In this document: positions 23,092 to 35,500 of the stretch, one piece after another
Position numbering within the stretch: position 1 is the stretch's first letter
Layout of the letters: each line of letters opens with the position of its first letter
Assembly (NCBI GenBank): GCA_004431415.1
Contig: QPMI01000090.1
Location: forward strand, 62,001 to 126,000
Direction: 5' to 3'
DNA: 64,000 nt
Source of the DNA: Cyanophora paradoxa CCMP329
Lineage: Eukaryota; Plantae; Glaucophyta
Made by a program: the position numbers and the translations under genes
Notes under the pieces: model-generated
Database searches by the model: none
What the model saw: the letters and a program-made list of their open reading frames with translations, nothing else
What the model was told of the DNA's origin: nothing

Positions 23092-24148
23092 GGCGCGGCC
23101 GCAGTGCCCGCGATCCGCACGTGCACGGCGCGGCATGCTCACGTTTAAGCGGTTTAGAACAGGGGTGGGTTGACGTTAACGTTAGAACTGCTGAATTGAC
23201 ATGAACAGGGCCCATGCCAGCAATATTAATTGCAAGGGGCGCAAGGGAACAAACGGAGGGGGCGCGGAGGGCGGCGCGCGGCGAGGGTACCGGTTGCAGC
23301 GTGTTTAAGCTTTCCCGGAGTCCGACGGTCCGCAGAGCCTCGGCGAGCGATTTCTCGATAAAAAGGCAAAGAACGACAAGCAAGGGAGGCGGGAAGGGCA
23401 AAAATGGACTGGCGTCTGCCACCCCCCGACCAGCGCTGAGCCGCCGATTCTCTTCACGCATGTGATCCCTGTACTACATGCGCCGGGGGCGTTGCGCTGC
23501 TCTGTTGCCAGCCTGACGCGGTTTGCCCCTCATTATCAACCGGGACACTCTCGCTTGCGCGAGGGTGCCGCATGTTGAGCACAAGCTTACAGCGGGCACG
23601 CGATCGACAGAGAGGGTCGACGGCCGCATCTGGAGGAAGTGACATCCAACCAGTCCGCCCCGCGTACGCGTGACAGGTTACGATCGCAGCAACCCGGGCG
23701 AGGTCGACCGAAAAATAAAAAATACTTGAAGCTCGGGTGCAAAGAGCCGGGGAAGGAAGGTGGGACCCGAGGGGGGAAGAAGCGCCGGCTGCAAGCTCGA
23801 CCGCGCCGACGCATCCGGGGCGCCCTCAGGGCCTGGCAACCCGGAGCGGCCAGCGGGCTCCCGTGCGCGGCGCGCGGCGGCCGCCGCTCGCGGCCTCGGC
23901 ACCGGTGCGCGAGCCGCGCGACCGCCGGCGCGCGGCCTAGCGAGCACGGCGCGGCGCGACAGGTAGCTTCGAAGCGCGGCAGTGCGGCATGTCGACGTCC
24001 GCAATGTTACGTCGTGCTTCGTCGGAGCGCTCGCCGCGGTGGTTAGGGTGGCCGCGGGGGGATACCAGCGCAGAGCAGTTGGACCGCCGCGAGCCGGCTG
24101 CAGCTGAACTAGATCGCGGAGCAGACGCTGCTCGAGTCCTCGAATCGC

Positions 24149-27100
24149 ATGGCGTACGTGCAGCTCGCCGGTGCGCTCAGCCGCCGGACGGCCGCGAATG
24201 CACGCGCTGACTATGCGGCCATGCACGGCGCTTGGGAGCAGCCGTCGCGGTCTCCAGGTCTCCTCCGGCGTACGGCAGCGTGCGTCGTTCCGTGGCGCGT
24301 CTTCCGCACGCTCGCCGGCTTGACTTCCCGGCGGACAGGTCCTGCGCTCGGCGGGATGCGTAGCGGGGACGGCGGCAGCGCCCCAGCGCACGGCGCTGGG
24401 TCTGCGGCCGGCTGCGGGTATCCGTAGGCTCGAGCGCCCTCAGGCCCGGTCGTTCTTCGCCGGCTGTCGAGTTCCCGGCGCTCTTAAGCTTCTGCCGGCC
24501 GCGCGGCCGCGGGGCGTGCACGCGCAAGCCGCGCGCGCCTCGGCGGCGGTGGAGCAGGCCGAGGCGCCGGCACCAGTCGGCGGGCCCGCGTGGGACATCT
24601 CGACCGGTCCGCAGCGCCGCGCCGCGCCGCGCCGCGCCGCCTCTCCGGCGACGCGGGGGCGCCGCGCGGGCAGAGTACCCTTCGATCGACTCGGCGGAGC
24701 TGGAGGCCGACATCGCCGGCGCCGTCGCCTGCATGGAGGTCCGCCTCGCCCCGCCCTCGGCCCCGGCCGCCCCGCCCCGCCCCCGCCCCGCCCGCCCGAC
24801 CCAGCGCGCCCCGCCCCGCAGCGCATCGAGAAGGAGATCAACCCGCGGTGCGCCCCACGCCTGCCCTCCCTCCTCTGCGGGCGCGCGCTTCCCTCACGCC
24901 CGCCCTGGGCCGCGCAGCCTGGTCGCGGCGCTCGAGAAGGCCGGCGAGGCGGACGCCTCCACTCCGGGGGCGCCTCCGCCCTGCAGGACCTGCGCGAGGC
25001 GAGTGCGGAGGGGCGGCCCGGGCCGGCGCGGCGGCGGGCGAGCCTCGGGCGGGGCGGCAGGTGTCGGGGCTGCGGTGGGAGGCGACGCGGCTGCTCGGGA
25101 ACGTCTCCGTCTACGCCACCTGCGAGGCCTCCACGCGCGCCCCGCCCCCGCCGCCCGCCCGCCTTCCCCCCGCCGCCCCCGCCGAGGGCGGGCAGGGACG
25201 CGAGGAACGCGGCGGCGCGGGCCCTGTCGGCGCGCGTCCGCGTCCTCTTCGCCCGCTTCACCCAGGCCCTCCAGGCCCGCCCCGCCCCTCCACTCCACCC
25301 CACCCGCCCGCCCCGCCTCACTCGCCCTCCCCCGCAGCCGGCGCAGCTCTTCCTGCTGCGCGCCTCCGACGCCTTCGCCGCCGCCTACCTCGACCACGAG
25401 GACACGGTGCCCCGCTGCCCCGGGGCCCGCCCCCCCCTCCCGCCCCGCCCGACCGCGGCCCCTCGCCAGGCGGCGGAGGGGTACGAGGTGCGGCACCGGC
25501 GGCGGCTGCGGGACCGCGTGCTCTCCCTCCCCGAGGAGAACCTCGCCGCCTCCCTCGCCGTGTCCGCCCCGCGGCCCGCGCCCCGCCCCGCCCCGCGCCC
25601 CGCGCCGAGCGGCGTACCCCCAGGAACGGCATCACGGCGTGGGGCTCCCTTTATGACCAGATCTCCGGCTCACTCGCGGTACCCGCCCCTCCTCGTCCTT
25701 CCCGTCGCGCGCGGCTCAAGGGGGTACAGGTGGAGCTGGAGAAGCAGGGCAAGACGGTGGGCGTCGCCGCGGCCGCCGGCATGCTCGACAGCACCGACCG
25801 CGGCGTGCGCGCGTCGACCTCGCCGCCCCGCGCCGCCCGCGCCGCCCACGCCCGGGGTACAGGTCCGCCAGGAGGCCTGGGAGGGCATCCGGCGCGCCTG
25901 GAAGACGCAGGAGGCGCGCCCGTACCCCCCCCTCCCCTCCCCCTCCCCCCCCCCGGGGGGCCGCTTCCCCACTGCTGACTGTGTCCCCAGGAGGCGTGCG
26001 CTGCCATGATCAACGCCATCGCGGGTACCCAGCCCGACGACCACTGAATCCCGTACCCCGCCCCTCACTGGCTGCCACCGCAGGCTGGCGCCTGGACCTC
26101 TACAAGCGCCGGGGGCACACTGATTTCCTCGAGGCGCGCAACTCTGTACCCTTCCCACTCCATGCGGGCCGGGCGCCCGAACGGCGCACGGGCGCAGGTG
26201 CCGCTGCACGACAACCGCATGAGCCGCGCCACGCTGGACGCCATGTTCGCCGTGCGCCCCCCCCCCCCCCCCCCCCCCCCCCTTCAGCGCCCGGCGTACC
26301 CCGAGCGGGGGCCGGGGGCAGGCGGTGGACGAGGCGCGGGACGTCGGGCGCAAGGCGCTCCTCGTGCAGGCGCGCCGTGCCCTCGCCTCCTTCTCCCCCC
26401 CCCTCCCCCCCGCCGCCTGACTCGCACGCCAGGCGCACGCGTTGGGGCTCACGCGCCTGGCCCCTGGTGCCCCCGGCCCTTCCCGCCGCCCTCCATTTCT
26501 GAGCAGATCGGGCAGGGACCTCTTCGCGCCGGCGCCGGGGGAGGCGGCCTTCGGGGCGGGGGCGGCGGGGCGGGGGCGGCGGGGGCGGAGCGGGGCGGCC
26601 CCAAGTACACCTTCGACGAGGCCGTCTCCGTGCCCGGCCCCCCCCCCCCCCCCCTCCCCGCCCGCCCCGCCCGCCGTGACTCGGGGCAGGTGGTGGAGGG
26701 GTCGGTGGGCGCCGTGGACCCCGCCGCCGGCGAGTTCGTCCGCATGATGGCCCAGCGGCGCTGGATCGAGGCCCGCCCCGCCCCGCACCCGCCCCGCCCC
26801 GCTCCAGCCGAAGAGCGCGAGGGAGGTCTCACGCGGGGGCACGGGGCAGGCGCGGGCGGGGAACGCGAAGCGGCCGGGGGCGTACTGCACGCAGTTCCGC
26901 AAGAGCCGCACCCCCCGCGTCTACCTCTCCGCCTTCTCCGGCGGCGACCAGCACCTCCTCACCGTCCCGCCCCGCCCCGCCCCGCCCCGCCCGCCTCGCC
27001 CCGCCTCGCCCCGCGCCGCCCACGCCGGGGGGCCCGCGCAGCTCGCGCACGAGCTCGGCCACGGCTTCCACAACTGGGCCATGCGGGACATGTCCGCCGC

Positions 27101-28361
27101 CCCGCCCCCGCCCTCTCCGCCCCGCCCCGCCCCGGCCCGACGCGCCGGTGCAGGCCGCTCTCCTCCGTCTCGTACCCGCTGAACCTGGCGGAGACGGCGA
27201 GCATCTTCTTCGAGACCGTCGTCGCCGACGGCCTCGCCGCCGCCGCCCAGGCGCGCCCTTCTAGACCTCCGCCCCGCCCGCCCCGCCCCCGCTGAGCTCA
27301 TCGGGGGCTCGCCGGGGCAGAGCCCGTACGAGCGGTTCCGGTACGGGTGGGCGGACGCCGAGTCGGCCGGCGCCTTCCTCCTCAACATCCCCGCCCGTGC
27401 GCCCCCGCCCCGCCCAGCCTCCCGCCCTCCCCTCGCCCCTCGGAGCCGAACGGGGCGGGGCGGTGCGGGGCGGGGCGGGCGGGCAGGCTTCGAGTTCGAG
27501 CGGGCGGTGTACGGGCGGCGGGCGGAGGGGAGCCTCACCCCCGACGACCTCTCCGCCCTGATGGACCAGGCCCGCCCGCGCCCCCGGGCCGGCCGCAGCG
27601 CCGGGGCCCACCGGGGGCGCGGGGCCAGGCGTGGGGCAAGTACTACGGCGGCGCCCTGAGCCAGATGGACGACTCCTTCTGGATGTCCAAGGTGCCCCCC
27701 CGAGCTCAGAGGCCGCCCCTGCCCCCCGCCCACGCCCGCGTACCCCCCGCAGCTGCACTTCTACATCTCCTCCGTCTCCTTCTACAACTTCCCGGTACCC
27801 CAGCCCCGCGCCCCGGTGCCCCCCGAACGTCCCGAACCGACCGGGTCCGGGCCGCCCCGCGCCGCCCGGCCCGGCAGTACACGTTCGGGTACCTGTTCGC
27901 GCTGGGCGTCTACGCGCAGCGGGAGCGGCTCGGGGCGGCCTTCCCCGCGCGCTACGCCGCCCTCCTCCGCGACACGGGCTCCATGGACACCGAGGAGGCC
28001 CGCCCCGCCCCGCCCCGCCCCGCCCGTGGGGCTCACGGGGCTCACGGGGCCCCGGGGCGCTGGGCAGCTGGTGCGGCGGCACCTGGAGGCCGACGTCTCC
28101 AGCGTCGACTTCTGGCGCGCCTCCACCGCCGCCGTCCGCGCCAAGGCCCGCCCCCGCCCCGCCCCCCCCCCCCCCCCCCCCCCCCGCCCCCCCCACCACC
28201 CCCCACCCCCCCCACCCACCCCCCCCCCCTCCCGCCCCCCGGCAGGCCGCCGGTGGTGACGGAGCGCGCAGGTGGACGCCTTCGCGGAGAGCTACCGGGC
28301 GCTGCTGCCCGACGAGGCCGCCCGCGCCGCCTTCGACGCCCACCTCGCCGCCGCCCTCTAG
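24149..28361 (+). CDS. M3B oligoendopeptidase F-like metallopeptidase, probably plastid-targeted, more than 20 introns
   Basis: WDIS, AWGSLYDQISG, WDLFAP, KRPGAYC, AHELGHGFH (HEXXH), YPLNLAETASIFFE, LHFYISSVSFYNFP-YTFGYLFALG. N-terminal MAYV...RSFFAG extension. Start and first exons are tentative. Confidence 0.9.
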
Positions 28362-28591
28362 CGCCCCTGACCTCCACCGCGCCCCGCCCCGCCGCCCCGG
28401 CCCGTCCCTCGTGGCCATGCTCAGCAGGCTGACAGCAGCTCGTCTCGGCTCATATAGACCTGTCAGAAAAATACGAGCTCGAGACGAAACGAGAGAAGTA
28501 CAAATCTAAAAACGGAACGTGCAGTTCTGCCTCGAGCTCGAGCTCGACTCGGCGAATTAGAGTATATGTACGTAGAGAGACTGATCGTGAG

Positions 28592-31550
28592 TTACGCTAA
28601 CTTGGAGACTGCGAAAGTTTTAATCGGGCCGATGGAGAATGCGAGACTTGGAATTTGAAAATCGATGGCGGGCCGCCTCATGATCAGGAGTGGGCGCTGG
28701 CCGGCGGATGGTCGCGGCCAGTGCAAATAAAAGGGGGCCTCACATGGCAGAGCGTGTGCCCGTTGGCCATGGCCCAGGCGTGCATGTCCTTGTAGCTGTC
28801 GAAGACGAAGGCCGTGAGGTTGGGGAGGGGGTGGCTCAAATCCTTGTGGTCCAGATCCGGCCCTTGGAAGGTGGCCGGGCAGCCCGGGTAGTGGTATTTC
28901 TTGTTCGTCCCGCTCCGCGTAATGACGCACGCAGACTTCACGTGGCGGTTCTTGAGAAACTGTGAGATTGTCATATGAAAGATATCGATGACGTCGACAA
29001 CAGCGCGTTCGGCATCGACATCGACGTCGATGTCAGAAAATTCGAATAAAGAATTCGAGACGTACTCTGATGTCCTCTATGGTCACATTGTCGTACTGCT
29101 CAAGCGGTTGTGGAACGTTCGCGTCCATGGCCGCATGTACAGGTGCCGCGGCCAGTTCTCGGCTTCCGCCGGAGTCATCCCGCGAAACAGGCACCACGGT
29201 CAGATGCTGGCGGGGGCTGACTGGCAGCGGAGGAGCCGGGGATTCCTCGTCCTTGACAGCTGCAGGGATCCCGTGGTCTTGGCCGTGCTCTGCGGCTGCG
29301 TTCGCATTAGAATTGTGGCTCGCATTGGATCACAATTAGATCTAGATTGTCGGAATTTTATTCTGACTCGGTGAATAAAATCTAGAGGACCGGAGAGTGT
29401 TTAAGCTTTATTCTTATTCCTATGATTCTATGTCCATGATCTGGAATTAATATTCGCACTTGGCGTCACCGGCCCTGAATTCGACGGAATTGCTGCCGCT
29501 GGTTGGGCCGCCTCGCGATCGGCCGCCGGCGCCGGCGCCGGCGCAGACGCAGCTGCAGCCGGGGCTTTCGAGATAGCGATCGATCGTGAGGGATCGTGCA
29601 CATGCATATCAGTGTGCGACCCAGAATCGTCTGCAGTCCTGATCAGGTACCGGTTGCAGTTGCATCTAGATCTCGCACGGAATTCGAATTAGAATTCGAT
29701 GGGTCCGAGAAGTTCGCGCACGAAGGGTATCGGCAGCACTCTCGAGGCATTGATCTTTGGGCTCGTGGTGCTCGGAAAAATGCGTGACGATGGTGTCGAG
29801 GGCGCGATTGTTTCGCTCCTGTTTCTCCTTCAGCTCCTGGATCTCTGTGCGAAACTCCTGCTTGTGGATGAGCAATTAGAGGATCAGCCGACCTGCAGCT
29901 GCCTGAATTGGGCCAGAATTTGAATCACCTGGTGCTCGCGCTGCCCTGTCGCATCCTCGTGAATTTTCGGAGGAATCACGTGCACCTCGATCGCGAGCTC
30001 CTGCTTCTTCACGGGCTTCTCATCGTCGTCCCGCGTCGACGTCGGGCTCTCCTCAAGCTCCTTGGACGTCTCCTGCGCGCTCACTCAGCGGGACGCGGAG
30101 GCCAGGACCGATCAGGCGGCTGAATTCGATTTCTACCTCGAGCTCTTTCTCCTGCTTCACCGGCGTCGTCTCGGCCGCGGCTTTGCGCTTCGTACCGGTA
30201 CCGGCCGCCTGCGCGAAATTGAATGGTTCGTCGCGCGTGAATAAATCGCGCGATCGGCTTAATAATTCGATTATCGCGCGCGCCTGCTTCAATCCGCGCG
30301 CACCTGGCGATCCGAAGCGGTGGAATCGTGTCCTGCATGCATGTTTGGGCACAGTTGCTTCGATTTTATTTTTTATATCTGCAATCAAATTTTTCATCAA
30401 GCTCTTCCCCCATATTGCAAGGGGGGAAAGAAGACCGAAGGTCTTCCCCCCCTGGCTTCCCGTTCCCTCGCTTCAGCCAAAAGTTTTCTATGAGGCCGTT
30501 TTCGAGGTCCAGTATGCAACACTAGAAAAAAATGATGCTTTATTCGCGATCCGATTGGCTCGGTGGACCGGTCAGCTTTCGACATTCGAGCGTCAAAATC
30601 GAGGGGGAAAAGTGGTTTTCGAGGGGAAAACGAACTTCTCCTCACTCCGGTCTTCGAATTTCTTGCGCGGTTATGCATGGAACCAGTTCTCCCTAGCGCT
30701 GTCTCCTCTAGATTTCCACTTCCTCGCACTGCGCCGCGTACGCCGCACGGTACCCGTGCCGCCTGGACTACTTTTGACTGCATACGGTGCCTAGCTGCGC
30801 CGCTGATTGCAGCCGAGCACGCCCGGCCGTGCAGATCTAGACCGTGCTCTCTTGCTGCAGCTGCGCTCAGCACGTCTCCGAAATCGAGCTTATACCGCAG
30901 AACCGCGTGCGCCGCTGCCCGCAGCCGAGCACGCCGGCCGGGCCGGGCGCTTTTGTTGCGGTCGACACTCCGCTGCTCGGCTTCTCGGTTTCGCCGCGGT
31001 GCTTGCTTCGGCAGATTGCCCCGCAGCTTTATGCCCGGTAGTAGCTTCGCCAAATTACGCGCGTGAGTCTGCTGCTGTGCAAGTCCGCATCAGATGGGAC
31101 GGCGAGCTGCAGCCGCTTCTGTGCCCGGAGACGTCGACGTCGTCCCGGGGCGGGACTTCGTGGCGGGTGGCGCAGGCTGCACGGTGCACGTGTCGTCATC
31201 ATGCAACGGCGGAATTTGCTTACATTGTCCGGACGGAGCCCGTGCCACGGTGAACACTTCTGCTGGCGCCAGAACTTGTTTCGTCATGTCCGGCAGCACA
31301 GTCGCAGCGCTCGAGTTCGTGCAGTTTCGATCGAGTCGCGCGCTGGCAAAAACGCAGCTCCTAACGCACGTATTCACCGCCACGCAGGGCACTTCCAATT
31401 CAGCAGTGCGTGCCCAGTCTTCAGTTGGCGCAGCTGCAGCTGAAGACCACAGAAGCCCTCCCACAGGCTTATCGTCACCTCTTCCTCTGGCGGTACCCTG
31501 TCGTTAGTCTTCAGGACCGGCGCCGCTGGCTGCCGCTCACCCCCATGGCC
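28592..31550 (-). CDS. Hypothetical multi-exon protein (Lys/Glu-rich, coiled-coil) with a C-terminal Ada-like Zn-binding motif
   Basis: Coding-like blocks on the minus strand (TKRKAAAETTPVKQEKE; EIQELKEKQERNNRALD; YDNVTIEDIR; TRSGTNKKYHYPGC...NGHTLCH) are separated by AT-richer introns. The gene limits, and whether it is one gene, are uncertain. Confidence 0.45.
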
Positions 31551-31880
31551 GACTTCCGCCCCGACCCCCTCCGGGGATCCAGAAGGCCTGGATCGCCTAT
31601 GTTTACGGCGAGCCCTCTGCAGACAGCACCATCATCTTTTAGCCAGCTGTTCAGGGTTAGCGGTAGGCCGTGCGAACACAGTTGATGCGCAGCGTTTTCT
31701 CGCTCCAGAACAATCTTTCTTATACAGTGCGCTGAATCTGGCCTTTCATTGAGCCTTTTCTTTATTCGGTTTGATCGCAGCGTCTGCTTAATGGGCCTTT
31801 TCTATTTTTTATAATCATATATACTCTGTGTCTATCTTTACACTTCAACCTGCCGCGCGCGCCGGGCCGGGGTCGATCTA

Positions 31881-32110
31881 CCGTGTAGGACTTGTATACC
31901 GCGCTGACTTAACTACCGCGCTGCCAAATTACCGCGCTCAAAATTTTTAGAACGCAGTAATTTGGTACCGCAGTATTACCCCCTTTGCTAACAAATAATG
32001 CATTTTCGAGGCGGATGGAACGCAGTAATTTGGTAGCGCGGTAAAGCGCAAATCGGGCCCAAAGTTTTGGAACGCGTTAATTTGTGACGCGGTATTTAAG
32101 TCTTACACGG
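31881..32110. mobile_element. MITE (Tc1/mariner-pogo type), 230 bp, TA target duplication
   Basis: TA|CCGTGTAGGACTT...AAGTCTTACACGG|TA terminal inverted repeats with 1 mismatch. Internal subterminal repeats TACCGCG/CCAAATTAC and their inverses. AT-rich and non-coding. Confidence 0.88.
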
Positions 32111-32513
32111 TAGATCTGCCCCGTGCATGTGCGTGCCACTACGACTCTTTCATTAGATCCCGGTTCCCCCCTTGCACCCCCGGCGCGAGAATCGCGGCCG
32201 GGCCCCTAGTATGTGTCTAGATCTCGAACTCTCTCAATCGAGCTCCTTCTCTCCTTTCGAAGTCTTTCCTATGGTCTCGCGATCGATCTGGCCTCCGGTC
32301 CATTCCTCAAATGCCTGGCATTTTGTATTTCAATTGTGAATTGATCATGAATTCCCCATCTCAAAATGCCTCCCCTGGTCTTCGCGATCGGCTGCGCATG
32401 CAGGCCTAGGGACTGGCTATAGTGGCCAGGGACATCAAGTGATCCTGGCTATAGTTCATTCATTCGATTTACATGGATATACACATCTTAGATTTGCCAA
32501 TCACGATCGGGCC

Positions 32514-35500
32514 CTACAGGCAGGAGCAGGTGAGGGAGGCGGCGCTCTCCCAGGGCCAGGCGGCGGGGTTGAGGCCGGCGGCCCCCTGGAGGGGGAGGAG
32601 GTACGGCGCGAAGGGCGGCATCTTGAGGACGGCCGAGGGGGCGTGGCAGGGGAAGAACTCGCGCCCGGGGAGCAGCTCCTCGATCTCGTCCTCCTCCGCG
32701 TACGAGCTGAGGCGGGAGGTGCGGCGGGAGGCCCCGGGCCCCGCGCCCCGCGACGAGGCCCGCGAGCGGAGCGCGGCGGAGTGGCTGGCGGCGGCGGCCT
32801 GCGCCTGCGCGAGGGGCTGCGCGCTGCTGTGCCCCTCGAGGTCCGAGGCGAGGACGGCGCGCAGCCTCGCCCGGTCCCGCTCCGTCGCCGACTGCGCCAG
32901 CGGCCGGCGTCAGCGGCAGCGGAGCGCCCAGGGAGGGGCGCGCGGACGTCGCCGGGGAGCTCGGGGCGGGGGATGGAGGCGTCGCCGTCCAGGTCGCTGG
33001 CGGGGACCCGCATGAAGAGGAGGACGACCGAGGAGGCGAGCGCCGCCGCCCCCGGAACCACCGTCTGCGCCCCGCGGCCGCTCAAGGCAGGATCGACGTC
33101 GACGTCGACGGGTGCTAGACAGCTCCAGTTTTGATTTCGATTCTAGCTATAGTAAATTAACGGGCATCAAATTTAAAGTTTTTCACCATGGCGAGGGAGG
33201 AGCCGGCGCCGCTGGAGAAGAACTTCTCGAGGACGAAGATGGCCAGGCCCGACGAGAGCTTCTCGAGCAGCCCGTAGGACTGCGGGCCGACGTCGGCGGT
33301 CGCAGAATAAATGCACAGCGAGTGCCCCGCGAATCGCACAGGCAATCGATATCAACGCGAGCGCACCCCGTAGACGAATGCGGCCGAGTTGATGTACTCC
33401 CCGACGACCACCGCCTCGAGCATCATCGCCTGCCGCGCCGCCGGTCACGGAATTAATATACGCATAGTACGCGCTCGCAGCTGCAGAAGTACTAGTTGCA
33501 ACTTTTGCACACCGTGACCGCCACCCCCGCCGTGCCTGCGAAAATAAATACCGTCAGCGTTTCAAAACATTGAGAGTACCGGCAAGAACATCAAAGAGGG
33601 ACGCAACCGAGCCCCAACACGACGGTGATGGGGTACACGCAGTGACATTTCGGGGGCATGTAATAGTAGCTCGTGCTGGCAACGATGCACAAGATGGCTC
33701 CCAGGCCGTACCCGGCCTTCAGTCCCAGCCCGCGGTTAATGTACGGGAACCAGAAAGATCCTGATCATGAGGATATCGAATTCGGGAAGCGTCAGAAATT
33801 TTGCGAAATAATGCAATGCGTTTTTGGAGTCAATCTGGCGCACCGCACAATGATGCAATTTGAAGGAGCAGAGGTACAGTGGCCAGCTCCTCATTGTGAC
33901 GCTTTAGCATGGTGATCTGGGATCGACAGCGGGTACGCATTCATGATCAGAGCAATTGTGACACATGTACACATGACGAATTGTTTACGGGAACTGCGCA
34001 CAAGAAAGAACGGCATGAAGCACTGCGTAAGAACGACCACCAGCCGCGCACACATGAAAATAAAACCTGTCGCGCGCACGTGCAAGCGTGACCGTAAGTA
34101 AGTAAGTATCATAATTATTGCAAATTAGAGTCCAGTGAACTCGAATCCGAAGCATGTAATTATAAGGATGCACTGCGGCATATGTCTGCAGAGCACCTAC
34201 GCAATAAAATCGGCTGACGCGGAACCAGGCGGTCCAGTGCACGCGGAAGGCGTCGGAGTGGGCGACACTGCTCGAGCGGCTCGGGCGCTCGTCGCGATCG
34301 GACACGGGGAGCGTGAGAAGGAGCGGAGCCGCCCGGCCGCGGCCCTGCCGCTCCACGTCCGTCTCCTTTGTGAGGTCGTTGTGCCTCCTGAGGTGGGCCA
34401 GCGACGGCGTCTTCTTGCGCCAGACGCTGTGCAGCGAGACGAGGCAGGCGACCACGCCGACCGCCCCAATCGCCACCGCCGCCCATGCCGTGGTCTCCAG
34501 CTGCTGCGCCCGGGATCCCTGCGCATGCAAAGAGAATTCAGTTGAATGCAAACGCTAACAGCAAATGTTCAACTATTTAGAATTAAATACGTCTGACCGG
34601 GAGATAGCGGAAGGAGAGCCATGCAAGGGCGAAGACAGCGATGTTGGACGCCACAGTAAACGCGAATCGCATGGAGTTGAGGCGCAGTCGGACGAAGTCA
34701 TCAGAAGAAAGCTCTGGAACCAATGCCTGCGAAAATCAAGAGATTAATTCAGAAGATCTAGAATGCGGGTTCACGTTTAGAAATTAAAGCTACCATATGA
34801 GCCACTTGAACACTTGCCCAGCCGAAGCTGCGCTCTCAAGAGTTGAGCATACGGCGCTAGCGTCGGCGGGTATAGATATAGGGGGGCGCAATATATCAAG
34901 AACAACAAGAGGCAGCGCACTTGAAAATGGCGGCGAGGAAGGAGAAGTAGGCGACCTCGAGCAGGGGGCGGGAGCCCGGGGGCACGCCGGGCATGGGCGA
35001 GAAGATGAAGACGAAGGAGAGCCCGACCGTGAGGGAGCCGCCCACGATGAAGGGGAACCTGAATTCGAACCACGCTCTTTAATTTCAAAGACGAGCTGGC
35101 CCACGGCAAGGGACGATCTCGGGGCGAAGCAAATAAAAGGACACAGCGTTGGAAACCCCCGTCCTTTGAAAAACGAGCTCAAGCTGTGACAAAGTCAAAG
35201 AACGAACCGCTTCCCGAACCTGTTCATGAAATACGCTTGTTCAAAATCGAGTATGCTTAAGCTTATTATACGGAATGCGACTATTGATTTCGATCATGAA
35301 TCAAAGTTCACCTTGACTTGGAGCTGTCGGAAAGGATGCCGGCGAATGGGGTAAAAAATCCGTCGGCAATCTATCGATAATCCAATGATGGAAAATCGAT
35401 CAATACATATATTTATAAACATGTACACATCCAGCTTCATGATATTCGATCGGCCTGGCATGCGCATGACAGGATCGTGTGACGGACCTGGCCGCTGAGG

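Noticed and set aside
23100-24100. Possible small minus-strand gene between the LTR and the peptidase
   Set aside because: A few exon-like blocks (REENRRLS, EKSLAEALRTVGL) but no consistent spliced model or homology.
26256-26283. Very long C/G homopolymers in introns (also ~10539-10564, 28160-28230, 43474-43496)
   Set aside because: Extreme cases of the C-rich intron 5' half. Their lengths are error-prone in assemblies, so they are not treated as separate elements.
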